NCBI GenBank assembly: GCA_043228905.1
Contig: JBHGNT010000021.1
Coordinates: 1,798,001 to 1,862,000, forward strand
Length of the DNA: 64,000 bases
Direction of reading: 5' to 3'
Origin: Azolla caroliniana
Lineage: Eukaryota; Plantae; Polypodiophyta
The position numbers and the translations under genes were made by a program. Numbering within the stretch: the stretch's first letter is position 1; the number at the start of each line of letters is the position of its first letter. A model generated the notes under the pieces. That model was not told the DNA's origin and searched no databases. It saw nothing but the letters and a program-made list of their open reading frames with translations. Below, piece by piece: positions 54,001 to 64,000 of the stretch.

Positions 54001-54656
54001 CCCTCTAATACTCTGACAACTCAAAAGTAACATTTATCATGCATAGCATATAGTGGTAATCCATGTAAGAGTATATGGTCAGCATATAGCATATACCCCT
54101 CAATACTCTGAAGAGCATAATCAGTCTTACAGAATTCATATACTCCTCTTACTTAGTACTCTGGGAGGACTATATATACTACATAGTGAGAATTTATATT
54201 CCCTACTAATAATCTGAAATCCACACCAGAACTTGTTGTAGCTGAGATATCATACATGCATGCATACACAGTTTATGTTTCTCGTATAAAACACGTTACA
54301 TCAGTGATGAGAAACGTACATAGTCACATACATGCTTCTATCAACAAAAATATAATGTAGCCCGCATATAAAGAGTACATCCACAGTGAGAATGTTGTAT
54401 TATCCGAATGGTACATTCTCACTTGTTAATGCGAGATCTTTGAATGGAGAACATTCACCCATACATAAGATATACATGATTCTATAGAAAAAGAGAATGT
54501 TGTGGCACACATACAGAGATGTATGTGCAGAATAGATTGTTGGTCGTACGTAAGTAGGAGTGAAAGGTTGAGATTTTTTTTCTTTTTTAAAGCATACCCG
54601 ACGCGGCAGGTGTGAGCTCCATTGTCGATGACGATGGCTCGCGGCGAGTCCGCCAT
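48049..54656 (-). CDS. ARP5: Actin-related protein 5 (INO80 complex subunit), ~706 aa, 12 exons
   Basis: Exons 54598-54656, 53898-53968, 53682-53806, 53123-53159, 52905-53012, 52512-52621, 51577-51686, 51367-51457, 50708-51142, 50085-50212, 49366-49714, 48049-48546. Motifs [82 protein letters not shown]. Confidence 0.95.
50305..50568. repeat. 132-bp tandem duplication in an ARP5 intron
   Basis: ccctaaataccctccttgcctagtgtatatgaccct... at 50305 and 50437. Confidence 0.9.
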
Positions 54657-54717
54657 GGCTCTCTCTCTCTCTCTGTACACCTCCCTGCCTCTCTCTGCCT
54701 CTGCTGCTGCTGCTGCT

Positions 54718-54755
<38 letters not shown>

Positions 54756-54891
54756 GTGATACATACAAGGTATGGGGTATAGCTCCTTCAGAGGTTTTAA
54801 TTTTTTACCACAATGCCCTTCGTTCAAATTGCTCACTGGTTTTTTACCAATTCCCTAAATACCCTTCGTTAACAATTGCTCTCTTTTCTTG

Positions 54892-54931
<40 letters not shown>

Positions 54932-55149
54932 TTATTTATTTATTATCGTAATTACCTTACCCTAGTCGTAAGTTTTTAGCCCTACGAGCACTGTGTTGTG
55001 GGTTTGAAACCCAACTTCCTCACCTCTCTATTATATACTTCTTATATATCTCTTAATTCACTAGATGCCACTGTGGAATGTAGGGGTTGAACCCATGACC
55101 ACCTGGTCTCCATTGGGCAACCTTACCAACCACTCTCTCTCTGGTGAAA

Positions 55150-58100
55150 ACACCAATTACTTACAATGGGTGTGACAATGGAGTATGGTCACCCACTAAC
55201 TACACTACATGGGTTGCGGAACATGTTGAATTGCCAATAGGCAAGATGAACACCCCACTGAGGAAAGAATTTTCACTTGCTCCAATAAAGAAATTTGCCA
55301 CATTAGTACTCCCTTCAACTTTCGTACATATGCTTTCACCCCATGTCTACCATCGAACACAAAAGCGTTGCGCATATTCCAATTATGATGCAATCCCCAA
55401 TATCTTAGAAATAGAAAAACAATCTCCATCTATGATTTTGGGTCAACCCGTGTAAATTGTGCAAACACCCATTGTCTAGGTGTCAAAGAACACCGTGATA
55501 AGACTTGCCAAATTTGAGAAATGTAATTCCAAATCTGACAAGCAATCGAACATTGTATAAATCGATGAGTACTATCTTCCATTTGAACAGTGCAAAAGAA
55601 GCAATTACCCATTGTTAGTCCACGACGCTTTAGAGCTAATCCCAAAGGCAATCCTCCAATCAAATTTCTCCAAATGAAGACCTTTGCTACAAGTGGCAAT
55701 TTAGAATGCCAACTACATTGTAAGATCTGCCACCATCCATGATCGGATTTGTGTATTCCCCATTCTTCTTCAGCCTTAGATGATAACCATCCAAGAGACT
55801 CGATAGAGCAATGATACAAAAGATTAGTAGTCACTTGTAACAACGAAGTTTGACCCTTTAAACACCAATCAATCCATGGTTGTTCTCCTGTTTGATGAGG
55901 TAAGGGACCTTGCATCAATGGAATATTTTGTAGTTGTTGCCAAATAAACCCATAATTTGGTGGAATGCGTAATAATTGTCGCGCTTCAACAAACTCCAAA
56001 TTTCTTTGAGATGGAGCCTCAACTATATCTCCCAGCTCTTTGACCCCCAAACGAAACAAACAATTAAATTGAGAGCGCAATCTCTCCTTTCCTAGCCAAC
56101 ATAATAATCGAGAAGACACAATCAGCTCTTTTTGCAAAGAATTACAATGCTCTCTACTAGGTGATGGTTTCCATACACATAACAAGAGTGCTTCTTGCCA
56201 TGAGGTAACCAAGTGTTGAACACATATAGAGCCCGGAATCCTAAGTGAAATACATCCATTCAGTAATTGCCACAATGAAGCCTTAATTGTTGTCCTCCCA
56301 TGTGTTAAACCCTTGTTCTCAATGAAATATTGAACAATAGATATCCATGGTTGTGAGTTTGAACACATGTCTTGTAATAATGAAAATCTACGAGCCATCA
56401 CACGCTTAGATAAGTTCAATATTCCAGCTCCCCCCAAGCGCTTAGGGGTTGCTAGATGATTCCATGCAAACCAAGTGATTCCCATCTTATCCCTCTTCTT
56501 CCACAACAAATATCAAAGAGGTTGCAAAATAGAATGCAAAGCCTTCTTTGTCCATGACAACAATGGCAAGTAATATAGTATCATGGGTTCCATAATACAT
56601 TGTACAACCTTCAAGCGTACATGAAATGGCTAAGATTGAGACTTCCAATACATGAACTTATCCCTCAACTTACGAGACATCCATGCAATCAATTGACCAT
56701 TTGTAACATTCATTCCAAATGGATAGCCCAAGTGTCGAAAAATAGAGTCTTTCTTAACCACGTATCTGTGCCATCCTAAACATTCCAAATCCCTTTCAGT
56801 ACATGATATGAGACTAGACTTCCTCCAATTAATATTTAATCTGGAAGCCAATGCAAATTGGTTCCATACAAGCATACCCTTCTCAAGATTATCTCGTGAG
56901 GCTTGTAAAAATATGAAAGAATCATCGACCAAAGCTTGTGCTACTAGTTGCCCTCCAGACGGAAGGTGTAGACCCACAATGACACCATTTGTTGAAAGCC
57001 TTGATAACATCACTAACAAGGGATGAGTAACAATAGCAAACAACAATGGGCTAAGAGGGCATCCTTGACGAACGGATCTGGTGAGGGCAATATCTTATGT
57101 AACTCCCCCATTAAGCATTACTCGAGACACCGCATCTTGTCCTAATAAAAATATGAGGCGAGACATACGAGGTCCAAAGCCCATTGTATGCATTAACCCA
57201 TAAACAAAGGACCAATTAACATGATCATAAGCTTTATCCAGATCTAATTGCACCATAATCAATTCCTGATGAGTGTTTCGAGCATAATCCATGGTCATTT
57301 GAACATTCAACACATTATGCAATATATTCCTACTTGCAATAAAACCATATTAGGCGGGATGTATCAACTTTGGCAAATACTTTTGTAATCTATTTGCCAA
57401 GACCTTTGTAAATATCTTATACACCCCCCCCCCCCCCCCCCCCCCATCAAAGGAACAAGTCTCCATTGATGAAATGACTCAGGAGATGCTACCTTTGGAA
57501 CTAATTTAATTAGACCAACCTTCCAAGCTTGAGGCATACGACCAGAATCCCAAGAATGTTGAAACATCAAAGTTAAGGGCCCCTTTAAAATGTTCGAATA
57601 TCACTTAAAAACTTCATTTGTCAAATCATCCCAACCAAGGCTTACAACTAGGAAGATGCCTTAAAACTGTGTCCGCCTCATCCTTAGTGAAATCCGCATC
57701 CAATTCATGACTAATGAGATCATGCACAATACATCCAACCACATCATAAAACTCATGATGTGCTCTACTCACCTCATTTTTCATTAACAATTGTGGGTCA
57801 ATCAACTCCTTAAAGTAATGAACACATATGTCAATTATTGTAGTAGGATCCACTATCCATTCACCCCCTTGTTTGACATGTACCACATTAGATCCAACAT
57901 AAGTAGGATGTAATGCTTGGAAAAACAAATGAGATTGACATTGATTATCTATGAGCCCATCCCTCAGTTGTCGCATCTTCACATAATGATAACTTTGGCA
58001 TTGCAACTGAGAAATAATAACATGCAATTGACTTTGGATATCCAAAAGCTCCTCATCTAATGGTGCATGTATCAATAATGCATTACACCTGGAGAGAACT

Positions 58101-60755
58101 TGTGAGAATTGTTGAAGAAGACCTCTTCTTCGTTGAGCATTAGTTACTCCATACACACGATGAATGATCTTAATGTTTTGTAACGTGATATCCCATGCTT
58201 TGACTCCTTTAAGATTCACTTTTTGTGAAAAATTTACCAAAATTTGCTCCATCAGAGAATGAAAGTGACGTTGAAGCAAAAGAGAAGAGTTAAAGCGTAA
58301 TGGAGGCTTTCCAAGTAAGGATATATACATGTCAATTGCATGATTACAAACCTCCAAACAAATAGGAAAGTGGTTTGAAGTTCCTACATCTTGTAGAACT
58401 TTCATACGAAGTGATGTTGGTAAAAAAGAATCATTGTGCATCACATACATTCTATCTAACCGACTCCATGTTTGTCTATGTTGAGCGGATTGGAAAGTAA
58501 AACCTGGATCATTCCCATGCAACCATGTCCAAACATCCAACTTCAGAACCTCCATAACCAATGCATCCCAAGCAAGTTGCTCAGGATCATCCATGATTGA
58601 ATATTCAGACGTAGATTGAGATGCATCAACACACATGTTAAAATCACAGAGTGAGCCCCATAATGCAATACATTGAGTGGCTTGGTTAGGGGCATAAATC
58701 CCAACCACCCACACAACCTTGCCAAAAAAAGTGATTTCTAGAACCAAAAACCGATCATAAGGATCATTATGCACCACTTGAGGATAATATTTATCTAGCA
58801 TGATTAATACCACACATGAATAATGATTATTAAGATGTCATGCATAGAATGATGAATATCCACGTAAATGAATTGTGGATCCTGCCAACTCATGACACTT
58901 ATGCTCAACTGCACATAATACATCCCATTCTTTACTTAACAAAGTTTCCCATAATATATACTTCTTATGATGAGAACATGCCCCTCTCACATTCCATGTT
59001 ACCACTTTCATTCAATCAACAATGTTATGGGTGTAGTTGCTCCTTTAGAGCAACCAATGTCATGAAACTAGTCAAAGCATGCTCCAATGCTGCATATGGA
59101 TTTTCATGCACCACATCCTTAGGGTCGTCTATCAAACTCTTTTGTTTAGGTTCTCCCGCTTGACGAAAACCTTGAGAATTCGATGAATTTACAACCTGTC
59201 CCAAAGAATCAAATTGAAGGTGAAGGGGTAATCCCTTATCCCTAAATTGTTTTTGCCAAGGAACTTTTCGAAGACCCTCCCTAGTTCCTGAATTTCCTTT
59301 CCACGCACTCTCATGAGTAGTGGGCAAACTATTACGTTGCATATTCATTGATTTCCCCTTTGACTTGCCCTTAAGATGAGGCCAATCCTTTTCAACAACA
59401 ACATCACTACTAGTTCAAAATCCAATGGTTTTTTCCCCTTATCTATAACCACCAAACTTTGTTGTCCCATATCCATAGATTGAGTTCCCTTATTCTTAGG
59501 GCCCACACCTTGAACTGAAAACTCTTTATAACCTGCTCTAGATGATGTTCCTTCATCCATAACAACCATAGTATCTGACACACCAATATCTCTCCCAACT
59601 CCTTCTTTACCATTCCCTTCATTAGGAACCTCTATAGTTGAATGACAACGACGATGGCATTCCGCCATAAAGTGACCCCATTCACCACATCCAAAACAAT
59701 GACTTGCAAATGTCTCCCACTTCAATTTAAAACAAAGCTTTTTCATACCAGCTGTGTTCATACGCACCCATCCTGGCCTCTTACGACTTGTATCCCATAA
59801 CACACAAAATCTGCACTTATTTGTAGCATTTGCATGTGGAGATACCAACAATTTACCCATTTGACTCATCAACTCTGGTAAAAGTGGCCACAAAAAAGCA
59901 TGCTTACAATCCACTGTTACCCAAATAGGGCATTCTTGTTTAGCAAAGCATGATAGTCTACAACGGGGGACCATTGCATTACATGCACCAATCATTTATT
60001 AAAAAACACAGGAACTTTAGCCAAGAATGCACTTCGATGTTCCGATGAACGAAACACTACATCATAAAACCCTTGTGGTCCTGCATATATATTTTCAACA
60101 CAATTTGGCGACACAGTTGTGTTCAACCATTGTTTAATCCAATTAATGTATGGGAGTTTCCTAGTAAAAAATAATATAACCGCACGATCATAGAATACAT
60201 CAAAAGATTGCAACACTGCCTTAACATCAACTTCCACATCATGCACGTCCTCATCAATGCATTCTTTCGCTTCATTTTCATTTTCTTCCACAATATCAAA
60301 CAACAAGGTATTGACAATTCCCCATAAATTATCCCAATTATAATGATCCTTGTCAACCTCATTTACATGTATTACTTCGGCATATGTCAATTTTTTCTCA
60401 TTAATTTCTTCAATACCCTTAAACCTCTTAGAGCTTCCAATGTTTTCCCTTTCACGATTACATTCAACCATCACATTACTCTTTTTTGGATCAATTGTTT
60501 CCATATCGATGTCCCCCACAATTAGTGATGAATTCATGTTTATATCCATTATTCTTGAGGTGATATCGATCCGAGATAAAAACAATTTTCCATGAACAAG
60601 AGAGACAACCAGAACTCACCCGATTGAAGAGGTCGAAGATGATGAAGACAATAGAAGACCCGCAATGTGTGTTAAGTATGTGGATGCCGATAACACAAGA
60701 TTCCTTATTTCTATCGCTACTTCTAGTACAGACCACCAAATTTAATGTGCTATAT
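55150..60755 (-). mobile_element. Near full-length L1-clade LINE (ORF1 and ORF2, frameshifted)
   Basis: ORF1 ~60585-59025 with DUF4283-like region and zinc knuckle CFGCGEWGHFMAEC. ORF2 endonuclease (IYAPN, DFN, SRLDRMY, SNHFPI), RT (LDLDKAYDHVNW, RSVRQGCPLSPLLF, LVDDS, HLG), zf-RVT (CFFC..EDSTHRFIQC) and C-terminal WNMRNAFVF ending at 55205. Confidence 0.93.
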
Positions 60756-63128
60756 TGTTGTCCGCCGGAATAGTAACCGATGGACAAGAGCGTAGGAATA
60801 AGAAATAATATAAGATCATAACGCATGTAATGGTTCACGCAGGAAGCGTGAACGGCTAGATAGACCCTGCGTATATAAAGGGCAGAAAACCTCGGATAGA
60901 GGATCGTGTAATTTTGGGAATGTAAAGAAACGTATCATAATAGAATTCCATCTTCTCTGAAAGTCTGTGTATAGCTACGGCTAATCCATTGTGTGTCTGG
61001 AATACCCGAGCGTGTAAGAACGTAAGTGTAACCCTTGATAAGGAGTCGGTTGTAGCCGTCTCCCTTATACGCTGATAGGTTATAGGGAACATTCCCCTAC
61101 GCATTACGCATAGACGCCTATTTGTTGTTCCACAACCACTTGGAGGTCTAGGTCGAAGGACTAACCGCGGACCGTGTTCCCAATCGGCAACACTTTTGGC
61201 ACGCTTGGTGATCTGTGTCTTCTCACAGACGAGCAACGACGAATGGATGTTTAGCCGTAGACGCCCCAAAGAACCAACACGACAAGACCGGCCAATAACA
61301 AGGTCCGTCACACGCCAGGCAGAAGAACGCGCACGGCAAAAGCCTTGCCTCAGCAACCTCAGTACAACCTGCCGTGATTACAAAGGTGATTCTTCGCTCT
61401 CCAAATACCTCGACGAGATGCGGGGACTACGCTCACCACAGCCACCCTGTGGTCTTTCCCGAACCGCCGTAGCCCCCAACATGACCTTTGCCTACCCCCG
61501 CTTTAACGGCGAAACCAACGCCGCAACTCATATTCGCATGTTCCTTAATGTCTGGAATGCGAACCACATGGCGCAGAGCCTTTCGGAGGCGGTAGTGCAC
61601 CAGTCGAAAATGACGGAGTTCGGGTTAACATTGGATGGGCGAGCGGCGTTTTGGCATTCATAGATGGATTTACCAGCAATAACAACCTTCGATCAGCTGC
61701 AATCTGCTTTCTTGCGGTTCTTCCATCGGAGGGTTCCACAACGCGAAATCCTCGGACAATTCTACACGATTAAGCAACTGCTGACCGAGACAATAGCAGA
61801 CTTCAACTTACGTTTCCAAAATTTACGGCGGAAACTAGAACGGAGCCCCGCGAAGGACGAGGCTCGAGAAACATTTCTGGCAGCATTATGCCGACCCATT
61901 CGGGCAACGCTCCCATCCGGGCAATGCTCAACAACAATAGCGTGAAAGGGGAAACAACGGATATGGTCATTGAATGAGCGTTACATCTCGAGTTGGACGA
62001 GGAGGAGGAAAGGTTTTCTATGTCCTCCTTACGACAAGCGTTACCCTAGGACGAGGAACGCCAGTTTTGTCAAGCAATCCAGTGCACGATTTGCTTGAAC
62101 TCGGGGCATTCCATAGTGGAGTGGAATATGCAAATCCACTGCCCAATCTGCCACTTGAAGGCTCACACAATCGACCAATGCGAATACAATATGTTGAATA
62201 GAGCCACTCCTGCAGTCCGCAGCATGGACACCCAGCGTCCAGCACACCGGAGTGAACAAAGGAGGCAAGAAGACCGACCACGGTATAGGGATCGCAACCC
62301 ACGGGATGACCGGCACCACCGGAATCGCCGAAATCACAACGATTCCGAGGAGGACGAACCAGAGGACGAGGATTATTGTGGACATCCGAGTTATGCTAAA
62401 GGGGGTCGGCGCTACGAGAATCACCCGCCGACAAACAAATGGGGTGGCTTCAATGGTTATCGTGGTAAGCCGCGGCAATATCGAGATCACCGGCGTTATG
62501 ACGAAAGCTCGGGAGATGAGCGACACCAGGAACAACGACGGGACCAACAACAACCACCGCGTACGTTCCGACAAACGAGGCCGGACCACGAGGAGCAAGT
62601 AGCACCAGGGGAGCGGCACACACCACTAGGAGCCGAGAAGGGTGAATCAAGCATCCATTGTTTTATTTGTCAGTAGCCCGGACATTATGCCACGCAATGC
62701 CCAACACGCAAGGGAAAGGGGCCCGCTGTCAATACGATTACGGTGGAAGTGCAGCAAGTCACGACACGCCAACAAACAAAAACGGTTGATTGGGCTACGC
62801 AAGACGAGATACGCCGACAAGCCCAAGCATGGGTGGAAAAGGCAAACGCAACCAATACAGAGCGCATGCGGAAGGAGTCCGCGAACGCGAGGGAGCGAGC
62901 AGAGGACGAAAGACTGGTCCTGGACCCCATTTGGCAGGCGTTAGCGGGCTGTGAGATAACGTTAACCATGGAGAAACTGCTGCAGCTAGTCCCACGCTTC
63001 TGCCAGACCATGGAAGAACGGGTGACAAGCATACCCGGGGTGAGTGTCGCTACAAACCTTACAGACGTTAGCGACGGACCGCCGGTAGTGGATCAACACA
63101 ACCCGGCTATTACATTAATATTACACGG
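60756..63128 (+). mobile_element. Ty3/Gypsy LTR retrotransposon 5' part (LTR, PBS, gag, start of protease)
   Basis: LTR 60756-61192 with inverted ends tgttgtccg...cggcaaca and a TATA box. PBS-like tggcacgc at 61197. gag (FGLTLDGRAAFW, FLRFFHRR, ETIADFNLRF) with CCHC knuckles (CPICHLKAHTIDQC, CFICQ*PGHYATQC); premature stops. Confidence 0.85.
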
Positions 63129-64000
63129 TGTCGGGTTATTACGCGCGTGCGTGGAGAACAAGGCGGGACCACTAGGGTCTTGGACCGAGGAATAGGTGAG
63201 AAAAGGGGAGGAAAGAGAGAGACGCTCACTCACGTATAGACAAAGAAGCGCACGGTGTCGAGGTATTCCTCGCGGATGCGTGGAATGAGGCGGGACCTCG
63301 GGGGTCCTGTACCGAAGAGCAAGAGAGAAAGGAGAAGAGACCCTCTACGTGCGAGCGTAGATTCATAGGGACACGGCCCTTTGACACAAAGACGCGAGTG
63401 GGACAGCGACACAGAGAGACGCGAATGTATGTATGTATATGTTAACAAAGACAAAACAACAAGAAGCACAAAGTCGGTTACAACCGAACAGGCCGGCGAA
63501 CAGATGCCGATGCCTGTTCGTAAACGCTCCGAAGGAAAGGAGTAGGTTGGAGGTGCTGCCGGAAGCACTCGGGCATTCCTCAGAGCAGCGCGAGCCTCCT
63601 GAAAACCTGCGCAGAAAGAAGCTATGGAGTATGGAAGAGAGAGAAGCCTTCGGCCGACAACCCGACAGCACTTCGTCCTTTCTCTCACCGCGCTCCTTTT
63701 CCTCCTCCTCATCTCCCTCCTTTTATAGGCAAGAAGGGAGCCGTTTCCTATTAACTTCCTACCTACCGAATCTACCTACCTAGGATCTTCCATGTCCCTA
63801 ATTCTCTCTTATGTACAACATAAGGCGTACGTGCATGAAGAGCCTGTTCCTATGCTCCGGTGCACCGATTCCGCTTGTGGACGGTTTTCTTCACGACATC
63901 CGCCCCCACCTAACCGCGCATCCACCGGCATGCGCCAAATTGAGCTGGGACAGAGAAAACCGATCCAGCCTTCATTCGCCGCCCGTCGGTTCTTCCTCGG
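63129..64000 (-). mobile_element. Young CpG-rich LTR-like insertion interrupting the Gypsy; runs off the window
   Basis: Abrupt switch at TG (63129) inside the Gypsy protease region; minus-strand TATA (ctataaaa ~63720); high CpG content; no coherent ORF. Confidence 0.55.

Noticed and set aside
8145-54656. Apparent cytoskeleton gene cluster (RIC, DUF4057, ARP5)
   Set aside because: ARP5 is a nuclear INO80 subunit and the genes are far apart and separated by TEs; no evidence of co-regulation.

Overview
AT-rich, repeat-laden eukaryotic nuclear DNA with spliceosomal introns. It comes from a land plant, most likely a seed-free lineage (fern, lycophyte or bryophyte), judged from gene and TE style; the species is not determinable from sequence. 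Three spliced genes can be rebuilt exon by exon: a CRIB-domain RIC-type ROP effector (+, ~8.1-11.7 kb), a DUF4057/PAGG-repeat protein (-, 20.7-24.6 kb) and ARP5 (-, 48.0-54.7 kb). Two weaker candidates are a small secreted peptide (~15.2 kb) and an orphan 4-exon gene (39.5-46.0 kb) whose last exon appears split by a 5'-inverted LINE. The rest is Copia, Gypsy, L1-like LINEs, a hAT MITE, tandem duplications and microsatellites. The most notable observation is that the RIC gene, once spliced through a 14-nt microexon and a GC-AG intron, encodes an N-terminal WH1/EVH1-like domain, then a basic patch, then the CRIB. This is the N-terminal architecture of WASP, a family considered absent from plants. 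The domain call is a by-eye alignment and needs HMM or structure confirmation.
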